Assembly: GCA_963512655.1 (NCBI GenBank)
Contig: CAUPNL010000002.1
Coordinates: 112,748-176,747, forward strand
From: an uncultured Limnohabitans sp.
GTDB lineage: Bacteria > Pseudomonadota > Gammaproteobacteria > Burkholderiales > Burkholderiaceae_C
Direction: 5' to 3'
DNA length: 64,000 nucleotides
Within the stretch, counting starts at the first letter, position 1. Each line of letters opens with the position of its first letter. The notes beneath the pieces are model-generated. The model made no database searches, was not told where the DNA came from, and saw only the letters and a program-made list of their open reading frames with translations. Both the position numbers and the translations under genes were made by a program. Positions 1 through 7,632 of this stretch are shown here, piece after piece.

Positions 1-2
1 AA

Positions 3-308
3 GCCGAAGTAGCCCCATCACGCACCACAGTGGCTGGCCGTTACATCTTGACGCCAGCGGTGTTCGAGCGCATTCGCGCAGGCGGCCGTGGTGTGCAAGG
101 TGAAATTCAACTCACCGACGGCATTGCCGGTTTGTTGGCCACAGAAAAAGTGTTGGCTTATTCGTATGAAGGCAAGCGCTACGACTGCGGTAGCAAAGTG
201 GGCTTCTTGCAAGCGAGCGTCGAGCTTGCCTTGCAACACGCAGAAGTCGGTGCTGAATTCCGCGACTACCTCAAGCAACTCAACATCGCTTCATTCAACG
301 TCGCTTGA
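3..308 (+). CDS. galU: UTP--glucose-1-phosphate uridylyltransferase, C-terminal part (runs off window start)
   Basis: Motifs VAGRYILTP, GEIQLTDGI, RYDCGSKVGFLQA typical of the GalU C-terminus; frame open to the window edge. Confidence 0.92.
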   Translation, partial: AEVAPSRTTVAGRYILTPAVFERIRAGGRGVQGEIQLTDGIAGLLATEKVLAYSYEGKRYDCGSKVGFLQASVELALQHAEVGAEFRDYLKQLNIASFNVA

Positions 309-522
309 GGATGTGAACAAAGTCGCTGCCCTCGGTGGTTTGCGACAACAGTTCATTCCCAGTTTGCTTAGCAAACGCTGCAAAGTCACGCACCGAGCCC
401 GTGTCGGTTGACACGACTTTCAGCACCTGACCACTCTGCATCCCCGCCAATGCTTTTTTGGCTTTGAGAATAGGCAGCGGGCAGTTCAGCCCACGCGTGT
501 CGATTTCTACATCGATGGTCAT
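295..522 (-). CDS. tusA: TusA/SirA-family sulfurtransferase
   Basis: 75 aa, DTRGLNCPLPILKAKKAL (CPxP motif); ATGA overlap with cysM stop. Confidence 0.88.
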   Translation of the reverse strand: MTIDVEIDTRGLNCPLPILKAKKALAGMQSGQVLKVVSTDTGSVRDFAAFAKQTGNELLSQTTEGSDFVHILKRR

Positions 523-1433
523 GCGGGGAATACTCCGGTTGATAAATAACGGTCACCACGGTCGCACACGATAAAGGCAATCGTCGCGTTCTCAACCTGC
601 TGCGCAACTTGCATCGCCACCCAACAGGCGCCCGCAGCAGAAATACCAGCAAAGATGCCCTCTTCACGTGCCAAGCGGCGGCACATGTCTTCGGCATCGT
701 CTTGGCTCACGTAGACCAACTCATCCACGTTGCTGGCGTCGTAAATCTTGGGCAAGTACTCTTGCGGCCATTTGCGAATACCGGGAATGCGAGAGCCTTC
801 TGAAGGCTGCGCACCGATGATGCGAATGGCAGGGTTCTTCTCTTTCAAAAAGCGCGACACACCGGTGATGGTGCCCGTGGTGCCCATGGCGCTCACGAAG
901 TGCGTGATGCGGCCCTGCGTTTGCTCCCACAGCTCGGGGCCTGTGGTTTCATAGTGGATACGTGGGTTGTCTTCGTTGGCAAACTGGTCGAGCATGCGGC
1001 CTTTGCCCTCGGCTTGCATGCGCTCAGCCAAGTCGCGGGCGTATTCCATGCCGCCGCTCTTGGGCGTCAAAATCAATTCAGCACCAAAGGCTTTCATGGT
1101 TTGCGCACGTTCAATCGACAAGTCCTCGGGCATGATGAGCACCATGCGGTAGCCCTTGATGGCCGCAGCCATGGCCAGTGCAATGCCGGTGTTGCCAGAG
1201 GTGGCTTCAATCAAAGTGTCGCCAGGTTTGATGTCGCCGCGCTCTTGCGCGCGTTGAATCATCGACAAAGCGGGACGGTCTTTCACAGAACCCGCAGGGT
1301 TGTTGCCTTCAAGCTTGCCCAAAATCACGTTGCCGCGTTTGGCGTTGTCGGCAGCACCCATGCGCTGCAAAGCGACCAAAGGCGTCTTGCCAATGGCGTC
1401 TTCGATCGTGGGATAAATCAGGTGTGAACTCAT
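519..1433 (-). CDS. cysM: Cysteine synthase B (O-acetylserine sulfhydrylase B)
   Basis: KLEGNNPAGSVKDR PLP-lysine motif, EATSGNTG, GTTGT, C-terminal CDRGDRYLSTGVF. Confidence 0.96.
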   Translation of the reverse strand: MSSHLIYPTIEDAIGKTPLVALQRMGAADNAKRGNVILGKLEGNNPAGSVKDRPALSMIQRAQERGDIKPGDTLIEATSGNTGIALAMAAAIKGYRMVLIMPEDLSIERAQTMKAFGAELILTPKSGGMEYARDLAERMQAEGKGRMLDQFANEDNPRIHYETTGPELWEQTQGRITHFVSAMGTTGTITGVSRFLKEKNPAIRIIGAQPSEGSRIPGIRKWPQEYLPKIYDASNVDELVYVSQDDAEDMCRRLAREEGIFAGISAAGACWVAMQVAQQVENATIAFIVCDRGDRYLSTGVFPA

Positions 1434-1560
1434 AAGACGCTACTGTGCCATAAGTCGGGAAGTGCCTAGAGACCTGGCTCTAAAGCGAACCAACCCCGTT
1501 GTTTTTTCAAAAATCGTCGATAACATTCCTTTATCAAATTTAACGACCTAAGGACTCATC

Positions 1561-2106
1561 ATGCAAAACCCAATCAAACCCCAAGTTGAAGCCTCTATGC
1601 AAGCTGCTTTCGAATTGGCTAACCTGTCATTCGCGCAAGTTGAGCGCATCACTGAGTTGACACTTGAGCAAGCCAAGGTCAATGCCGAGTTGGCTCAAGA
1701 GCAACTGGCATCTGCCTTGGAAGTGAAAGATCCAACAGCAGCGATTGCCCTGTTGAAGGACCAATTGGAAACATCCGCCAAGAGCTTGGCAGGCTTTGCC
1801 GCCACGGCATTCGAACTGGGCCAACAATTCCAAGCCGAAGCCACCGCTTTCGCAGAAGGTCACTTTGACCAAGCCCACACAGCGGCCAACAAAGCGCTCC
1901 ATGAAAACCTGAAGAAAGCCCCAGAAGGCTCTGAAGCTGCTGTGCAAGCTGTCAAAGCTGCTGTGGATGCAGGCAACAAAGCACTCGCCGAAGCCCGCAA
2001 AAACGCCAAGAAAACTGCCGAGTTGGCTCAAGAAGGCATTGCCAAATTGAAAGAACACGCACCTAAAGCAGCCAAGGCACCTGTGCGTCGCAAAGCGCGC
2101 GCCTAA
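1561..2106 (+). CDS. phaP: Phasin (PHA granule-associated protein)
   Basis: Ala/Lys-rich helical protein with APEGSEAAV segment like betaproteobacterial PhaP; SD AAGGA upstream; terminator downstream. Confidence 0.82.
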   Translation: MQNPIKPQVEASMQAAFELANLSFAQVERITELTLEQAKVNAELAQEQLASALEVKDPTAAIALLKDQLETSAKSLAGFAATAFELGQQFQAEATAFAEGHFDQAHTAANKALHENLKKAPEGSEAAVQAVKAAVDAGNKALAEARKNAKKTAELAQEGIAKLKEHAPKAAKAPVRRKARA

Positions 2107-2127
2107 AACTTCGTTGCGTTTAAAAAC

Positions 2128-2161
2128 AAATCCCCGTGTCGCAAGGCACGGGGATTTTTTT
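2128..2161. terminator. Rho-independent terminator, probably bidirectional
   Basis: AAATCCCCGTG-tc-GCAA-gg-CACGGGGATTT stem with a T-run on the right and an A-rich run on the left. Confidence 0.85.
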
Positions 2162-2297
2162 ATGCGGTGGGCTCGGCCGCCTTGACTGGGCGGCAATCGC
2201 CACAGAAGAAATGGCTTTTATCCAGCAAGCGGCGAAATGAGCCGAGAGCACGCGGCTTGTGCAAACCACACTTCATGCAACTCATGGTGTTGATCAT
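2160..2297 (-). CDS. Candidate 45-aa protein with two CxxC motifs (not in ORF track)
   Basis: MINTMSCMKCGLHKPRALGSFRRLLDKSHFFCGDCRPVKAAEPTA*; stop abuts the bidirectional terminator; frame stays open upstream to 2369 without another start codon. Confidence 0.45.
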   Translation of the reverse strand: MINTMSCMKCGLHKPRALGSFRRLLDKSHFFCGDCRPVKAAEPTA

Positions 2298-2369
2298 GTT
2301 ACCCGTAGCACCAAACGGACTGCCGCCCGCTTTGGATTTGTAGCGAAGACCGTCGCTGGCGCAGCGGCC

Positions 2370-2396
2370 TCAAGTTTTTGGGTTTCGTTCCGATAC
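2370..2396 (+). promoter_or_regulatory. Sigma-28 (FliA)-like promoter
   Basis: TCAAGTTT-N11-TCCGATAC versus consensus TAAAGTTT-N11-GCCGATAA; 32 nt upstream of a FlaG-like ATG. Confidence 0.6.
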
Positions 2397-2409
2397 TGCC
2401 TAGGCAGTA
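2394..2409. promoter_or_regulatory. Perfect 16-bp palindrome, possible operator
   Basis: TACTGCCTAGGCAGTA is its own reverse complement; overlaps the -10 box and expected start site of the sigma-28-like promoter. Confidence 0.45.
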
Positions 2410-2428
2410 CGTAAAAATCCCATCTTTC

Positions 2429-2758
2429 ATGTCTGACTACCACGTCACCGTTGCATCCTTGAAATCTTTGGAAACAACCAAGGACGGTGCTGTTGCGTTT
2501 TCAAAAGACACACACCGCACCATGGAAGGTACTCAGCAGGTCAAGTTCCAACAAAAACCGGACACGCTGACGAAACAACCTGCGCGCGTGAAGTTGACCG
2601 ACCTCAATTACTCCATCAACCACGAAGACAAAGCCTTGCACTTGAAAGTCAAAAGCGCCGATGGTGAGGTGGTTCGCGAAGTGGTGTTTGACAGGATTGA
2701 TCCCAGCTTGCTTGATGCGAAGAAGCTCAAAGGCATCTTCATCGATGACAACTCATAA
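2429..2758 (+). CDS. Divergent FlaG-like protein (109 aa)
   Basis: C-terminal LNYSINHEDKALHLKVKSADGEVVREV...LKGIFIDDNS parallels the FlaG pattern (L-x-F-S-I-D...V-K-V...GEVIR...G-L-L-x-D); ATG 2429 preferred over track start 2378. Confidence 0.55.
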   Translation: MSDYHVTVASLKSLETTKDGAVAFSKDTHRTMEGTQQVKFQQKPDTLTKQPARVKLTDLNYSINHEDKALHLKVKSADGEVVREVVFDRIDPSLLDAKKLKGIFIDDNS

Positions 2759-2769
2759 AAACCGTGGCG

Positions 2770-2940
2770 ATGAAAAAGCTACCCAAAATTGAATTGCATC
2801 AGCTGGTGCCATGGGGATTGGCGCTGTCTGCATTGGGGTTCGGGTTGTTGCACACAGATGAGTTCATGAACATCGGCGCCATGCTGCTTCCTCTTGGTTT
2901 GTTGCCCGCGGTCTTTGTATTGTCAAAATACAAAGACTGA
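2770..2940 (+). CDS. Small 56-aa membrane protein, two hydrophobic segments (not in ORF track)
   Basis: MKKLPKIELHQLVPWGLALSALGFGLLHTDEFMNIGAMLLPLGLLPAVFVLSKYKD*; 11 nt after the FlaG-like stop. Confidence 0.6.
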   Translation: MKKLPKIELHQLVPWGLALSALGFGLLHTDEFMNIGAMLLPLGLLPAVFVLSKYKD

Positions 2941-3037
2941 CTTCAAGAGCAGCTCAAACCAAGATCGGAGAAAGTTTTTGCCTTGTTCACCTAGCATGCC
3001 CAAAAATCTGTGTCATAATCTTAGTCTTCTCTCCCGT

Positions 3038-3122
3038 GCCCGGGTGGTGAAATTGGTAGACGCAGGGGACTCAAAATCCCCCGCCGCGAGGCGTGCCGGT
3101 TCGATTCCGGCCCCGGGCACCA
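3038..3122 (+). tRNA. tRNA-Leu, anticodon CAA
   Basis: GCCCGGG acceptor stem, D-loop TGGTAGA, anticodon arm GGGGA-CTCAAAA-TCCCC, long variable arm, GGTTCGATTCC T-arm, encoded 3' ACCA; 85 nt. Confidence 0.98.
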
Positions 3123-3168
3123 TCGGTATCCTTTACCGTCCTGACTCGATAGCGACGCCTTCAAATTT

Positions 3169-4431
3169 ATGAATGACGACGACTTTTCCAACATAGTCAG
3201 AAGTGGTGCTGAGCATCATGTCTCTGTTTCCGAGCACACCGGAAACGCCAAAACCCCAAAAAACATCGTGGTTTCTCATGAAGAAGAGACCGAAGCTCGC
3301 AAGCGCGCATTTGAAGAAAAAGCGCTTGCCGCTTTAGATGCTGAAAAAGCCCTTGCGGCAGCACTGGCAGAACACACAGAGCATATTGCAACTGACGACG
3401 GCGCTGCAGACGCCAACATCCAAAAAGTTGCAGCCAGTCAAGGCGCTGCTAACGTACAAAACGTCACCACCGACAAAATTCAAGACAACATTCAATCGGT
3501 TGGCAACGTCAAAGGAATCGCACCTAATGTGCAAAGTGTCTCATCAGACGCGATCGCGGCCAACCTGCAAAGCGTTGGCGGCAGCAATATCGCGGCCAAC
3601 AAGCAAAACATCGCGGGTGAGAAAGCAATTGAGGCGAATCGCCAAGGCATCCCCACAGATGTCATTACCTCCAATGTGCAGAACATCCCCGTAGGGAACA
3701 TCGTCGCTAACGTACAAGACATCGGCAACGACCCAGCCGCGGCTGCTAATTTGCAAGCGCTTGCCAAAGACGATGTGGCAGTCAATCGCCAATTGCTAGG
3801 CCAAGATGGCAATGCAAAAAACCAACAGGGCATCGCCACTGATGCCAACGGCGCCAATGAACAAAAATTGGCCAACTTAGGTGGGCAAAACAACCAGCAA
3901 ACGCTCAATCAAGATAGCGTCGCCAACAACCAACAAGCCATCCCACAAGGCCCAGGCATAGCTCCCAACAATCAGCCCATCGGTACGGATGCGGCTTCGC
4001 TCAATCGCCAAGCCGCACCTCAAGATGGACCAGCGGGCCTCAACCGCCAAGGTGTGGACAGAGGCAAGATTGAGTCGCACTTTGAGCAACTGCCATCGGG
4101 CGACATCGAACGCAAAAAAGTAGACTTTCCCACCGGCATGCAAAGCGGCAGCACTTCTAGTGCACCTGCAAGCTCAGCCACATCAAGCGCCACCAAGCCC
4201 AGCACCCCTGCGGTGGCAGCACATGCGCCATTGACGGCAGCGGAACAACAGCGACTGGCCAAGCTCAAACGCGAGCAGATGAACGACGCGTTTCATAGCC
4301 GTCTTGCAGGCATCAAACACAACGTAGAGGCACTCAACGGGCGTTTGACGGATTTCGAAGAAAAAGTGCACAAAGAGGATGGCAAACTTGAAAAAGGCAA
4401 TCCGGAAGATTTCGACATCGATCTCGACTAA
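3169..4431 (+). CDS. Hypothetical 420-aa protein with Asn/Gln-rich tandem repeats and predicted coiled ends
   Basis: Long ORF with own terminator; helical N-terminal segment (EEETEARKRAFEEKALAAL), central repeats, Ser/Ala/Pro linker, charged helical C-terminus; no obvious signal peptide. Confidence 0.85.
   Translation: MNDDDFSNIVRSGAEHHVSVSEHTGNAKTPKNIVVSHEEETEARKRAFEEKALAALDAEKALAAALAEHTEHIATDDGAADANIQKVAASQGAANVQNVTTDKIQDNIQSVGNVKGIAPNVQSVSSDAIAANLQSVGGSNIAANKQNIAGEKAIEANRQGIPTDVITSNVQNIPVGNIVANVQDIGNDPAAAANLQALAKDDVAVNRQLLGQDGNAKNQQGIATDANGANEQKLANLGGQNNQQTLNQDSVANNQQAIPQGPGIAPNNQPIGTDAASLNRQAAPQDGPAGLNRQGVDRGKIESHFEQLPSGDIERKKVDFPTGMQSGSTSSAPASSATSSATKPSTPAVAAHAPLTAAEQQRLAKLKREQMNDAFHSRLAGIKHNVEALNGRLTDFEEKVHKEDGKLEKGNPEDFDIDLD
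3412..4074 (+). repeat. 18 tandem 12-13-aa protein repeats, consensus x-N-x-Q-x-[VIL]
   Basis: ANIQKV, ANVQNV, DNIQSV, PNVQSV, ANLQSV, ANKQNI, ANRQGI, SNVQNI, ANVQDI, ANLQAL, VNRQLL, KNQQGI, ANEQKL, NNQQTL, NNQQAI, PNNQPI, LNRQAA, LNRQGV at 12/13-residue spacing (aa 82-302). Confidence 0.9.
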
Positions 4432-4481
4432 TGCCTTGTCACGCATATGCCAGCGTGCGCGCTGAACACTGATTAGGATCC

Positions 4482-4511
4482 ATGCCTGCCTCATCCGCAG
4501 GCATTTTTGTT
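4482..4511 (+). terminator. Rho-independent terminator of the repeat-protein gene
   Basis: ATGCCTGC-ctcatcc-GCAGGCAT followed by TTTTGTT. Confidence 0.7.
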
Positions 4512-4524
4512 TCTGGAGCGCACC

Positions 4525-5646
4525 TTGAGTCACCTCTTTTCTGAATTCACCCTCACCTCGCCACTCGGCCCGCTCACCTTGGCCAATCGCGCCATCGTGG
4601 CCCCCATGTGCCAATACTCGGCAGACAACGGCCAAGCTACCGACTGGCACTTGGCGCATTGGACCAATCTGCTCAACAGCGGGGCCGCCATGTTCATCAT
4701 TGAGGCCACAGCTGTGGTGCCTGAAGGCCGCATCACACCCTTGTGCTTAGGGCTTTGGGACGATGTCACTGCTGCTTCCCTGCAAGACAAACTGCATCGC
4801 GCACGCAAGCTTGCACCTAACGTGCCGGTGTGCATCCAGCTCGCGCACGCAGGCCGCAAAGCATCAAGCGCCGCGCCTTGGCAAGGTGGTCAGTTGTTAA
4901 CGCCTGCACAAGGCGGCTGGGCCACAGAAGCGCCCTCTGCTATTCCTCACTTAGCGCAAGAAACTGCCCCACACGAGCTAGACACTCAAGGACTAGAACG
5001 CATCAAACAAGCATTTGCCAAAGCTGCCCAACGCGCCGAAGCCATGGGCATTGACGCCATCGAGTTGCACGGCGCGCACGGCTATTTGTTGCACCAGTTC
5101 TTGTCGCCCATCGCCAACCACCGCACGGATGCGTATGGCGGCAACTTTGACAACCGCACGCGTTTTCCCATGGAAGTGTTTGAGGCGGCCCGTGCCGTCT
5201 TCAAAGGCTCGCTAGGCATGCGCATCTCGGCCTCCGACTGGGTGGAAAACGGCTGGACGCCTGAAGAAACGGCCGACTTCTCCTTGCGCCTGAAACTCGC
5301 AGGCGCAGACTTTGTGCACATCTCCTCAGGTGGCGTCGCCGCCCAACAAAAAATTGCCTTGGGCCCCGACTACCAAGTGCCCTTCGCCAAATTGGTGAAG
5401 CAAAAGACAGGCATGCCCACCATCACCGTAGGCCTGATCACTGAGCCGCAACAAGCCGAAGACATCTTGGCCCGCGGCGATGCGGACCTGATCGCCTTGG
5501 CTCGCGCCTTCCTCTACAAGCCCCGTTGGGTTTGGGAAGCTGCTGCGGCTTTGAACGGCAAAGTGCAAGCCAGCCCACAGTACTGGCGCTGTATGCCGCG
5601 TGAAGCACAAGGCATTTTTGAGTCAGTGCACATGGGCCAGCGCTAA
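4525..5646 (+). CDS. NADH:flavin oxidoreductase / Old Yellow Enzyme family (YqjM/NamA-like)
   Basis: VAPMCQYSA, QLAHAGRKAS, ELHGAHGYLLHQFLSP...NHRTDAYGG; TTG start at 4525 after GGAG. Confidence 0.92.
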   Translation: MSHLFSEFTLTSPLGPLTLANRAIVAPMCQYSADNGQATDWHLAHWTNLLNSGAAMFIIEATAVVPEGRITPLCLGLWDDVTAASLQDKLHRARKLAPNVPVCIQLAHAGRKASSAAPWQGGQLLTPAQGGWATEAPSAIPHLAQETAPHELDTQGLERIKQAFAKAAQRAEAMGIDAIELHGAHGYLLHQFLSPIANHRTDAYGGNFDNRTRFPMEVFEAARAVFKGSLGMRISASDWVENGWTPEETADFSLRLKLAGADFVHISSGGVAAQQKIALGPDYQVPFAKLVKQKTGMPTITVGLITEPQQAEDILARGDADLIALARAFLYKPRWVWEAAAALNGKVQASPQYWRCMPREAQGIFESVHMGQR

Positions 5647-5690
5647 ACGCAACCCATCACGGTCACGATAAAAAACAAACAGGAGACAAC

Positions 5691-6692
5691 ATGAAACACC
5701 TCACACGTCGCAGCCTTCATGCAAGCCTAGTGGCCACTGCGCTCATCAGCACGGGTGCGTTCTTAGCGCCCATCGCCGCACACGCTCAAGCAGACACTTA
5801 CCCCAGCAAGCCCATCACCTTGGTCGTGCCCAACCCACCCGGCGGCTTGGTGGACACCTCGGCCCGTTTGGTAAGCGAGCCTTTGGCCCGCCTCACAGGC
5901 CAATCGGTGGTGGTGGACAACAAGCCAGGCGGCAGTGGCAACTTGGCCTATGCCAACGTGGCACGCAGCGCCAAAGACGGCTACACCGTGTTGGTGTCGT
6001 ACTCGGGTTATCACATTGCCAACCCCATCTTGATGGACAAGCTGCCGTGGGAGTTGAAAGACCTCACACCAGTGGGCCTCATCACCGTGGCCACCAACGT
6101 TATTGCGGTTCACCCTTCTGTTCCAGCCAACAACTTGAAAGAGTTCATCGCGTGGGCCAAACAAAACCCAGGCAAGATCAACTACGCCTCACAGGGCAAT
6201 GGCTCGGTGTCACACATCGGCACGGAAATTTTCAAGCAACAAACCGGTATTGAAATGACGCATGTGCCCTACAAGGGTTCAGGCCAAGCCATTCAAGACG
6301 TATTGGCAGGACAAGTGCAGGTGTTCATCACCACTCCGCCTTCGGTGATGGGCCATGTGCTCAACGGCAAGCTCAAAGCACTGGCCGTGACCGGCAAAAC
6401 GCGTCATCCACAACTGCCCCAAGTCCCCACCGCCTCAGAAGCAGGTTTGAGTGGCTTTGAATTGGAATCATGGGTGGCCTTGTACGTGGCCAGCGGCACA
6501 CCCAAAGACGTGGTGCAAAAGCTCTCTGCTGATGTCAAGCGAAGCATGGAACAACCAGAAACCAAGCAACGCGCCGATGCTGCTGGCGTGGAAGTGCGCT
6601 ACCTCACACCCGAGAACACCACCAAACTGCTAGAGCGCGACACCGCCAGCTGGGCCAAGGCAATCAAGGCGGGCAACATCAAGTCAGACTAA
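5691..6692 (+). CDS. Bug/TctC-family tripartite tricarboxylate transporter substrate-binding protein
   Basis: Signal peptide, YPSKPITLVVP..PGG..D, NKPGGSG, HVPYKGSGQA motifs. Confidence 0.93.
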   Translation: MKHLTRRSLHASLVATALISTGAFLAPIAAHAQADTYPSKPITLVVPNPPGGLVDTSARLVSEPLARLTGQSVVVDNKPGGSGNLAYANVARSAKDGYTVLVSYSGYHIANPILMDKLPWELKDLTPVGLITVATNVIAVHPSVPANNLKEFIAWAKQNPGKINYASQGNGSVSHIGTEIFKQQTGIEMTHVPYKGSGQAIQDVLAGQVQVFITTPPSVMGHVLNGKLKALAVTGKTRHPQLPQVPTASEAGLSGFELESWVALYVASGTPKDVVQKLSADVKRSMEQPETKQRADAAGVEVRYLTPENTTKLLERDTASWAKAIKAGNIKSD

Positions 6693-7598
6693 GCCGTCTT
6701 TGACGTCTGCGTAGCGCAGCTGCAAACGCAGCTCGCGCTTCATGCGCGTGTTCACCATGCGGCGTGACTCGCTCATGAAACTGAGCTGCATGGCAGGCAG
6801 CTCAGTTTGCGCTTGTTCTCGGCTGATGCGTACCGGTTTGGCCAAGGCATACAAGCCAGCGGCCATATCGAAGTAGTCGCCCATCCTCATTTGGCTGTCA
6901 TCGTTCACGTTGTAAACACGTTGTGGCTTGCCGCGCCAAAGAGCCAATTGACACGCACGTGCCAAGTCGTCAGCGTGGATGTGGTTGGTGAAGACATCGT
7001 CAGCCTGCGCCAGCACAGGCGTGCCGCGCAGCAGACGTTCACGCGGCGTGCCGCCTTCACGGTCAGGCGCATAGATGCCGGGGATGCGCAGCACACTCAC
7101 CCGCACCGCGCTGGAGCGCAAACGGCCCACATGACGCACGCGCGCTTCGGCATCCACACGGCGCTGCGCTCTGGGCGTGATGGGGTTCACCGAGCGGCTT
7201 TCATTCACCCACGCACCTGCGCAATCGCCATACACACCGCTGGTTGAGCCATACACCACACTGAGTGGTGCACTGCGACGCATCAATAAGCGGGTGAGTG
7301 CCAAACTGCGAGGGTCGGTGCTGCCCTGCAAGGGCGGGGGCGCCAAATGCAACACCCGCGTGGCCCAGCCCGCCAAGCGTTGCAAAGAGGCTGGCGCATC
7401 CAAATTACCCACCACAGGTGTCACGCCTTGGGCCCGCAAGGCCTCCACACGGTCTGGGCTAGAGGTGAGCGCCACCACCCGCACATGGCGCTGTACGCGC
7501 ACGACGCGCTGGCCCACATCACCGCAGCCGATGATGAGCAAACGCTCACGTTTGAAGCGAGAAGGCAAAGCGCCGAGGGGGGATTGATGGACAGGCAA
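6684..7598 (-). CDS. NAD-dependent epimerase/dehydratase (atypical SDR, YeeZ-like)
   Basis: IIGCGDVG Rossmann motif, YGSTSGVYGD, LRIPGIY, NHIHADDLA. Confidence 0.85.
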   Translation of the reverse strand: MPVHQSPLGALPSRFKRERLLIIGCGDVGQRVVRVQRHVRVVALTSSPDRVEALRAQGVTPVVGNLDAPASLQRLAGWATRVLHLAPPPLQGSTDPRSLALTRLLMRRSAPLSVVYGSTSGVYGDCAGAWVNESRSVNPITPRAQRRVDAEARVRHVGRLRSSAVRVSVLRIPGIYAPDREGGTPRERLLRGTPVLAQADDVFTNHIHADDLARACQLALWRGKPQRVYNVNDDSQMRMGDYFDMAAGLYALAKPVRISREQAQTELPAMQLSFMSESRRMVNTRMKRELRLQLRYADVKDGLV

Positions 7599-7632
7599 AA
7601 TACACCCTATAAAAGTTCAAGGATACCCAAAG

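Noticed and set aside
295-308. Convergent 3' overlaps (galU/tusA 14 nt; Bug/SDR 9 nt at 6684-6692) as antisense regulation
   Set aside because: Short tail overlaps are common in compact genomes; no further evidence
1497-1523. Possible second sigma-28 promoter upstream of the phasin gene (GTCGATAA at 1516-1523)
   Set aside because: The -35 position reads CGTTGTTT and lacks the TAAA/TCAA core; too weak to call
4431-4472. 13-codon ORF overlapping the repeat-gene stop (TAATG)
   Set aside because: Too short, with no motif or SD support; consistent with chance
3038-4500. tRNA-Leu as an integration site for a genomic island carrying the repeat-protein gene
   Set aside because: No integrase and no duplicated tRNA 3' end (att repeat) seen downstream
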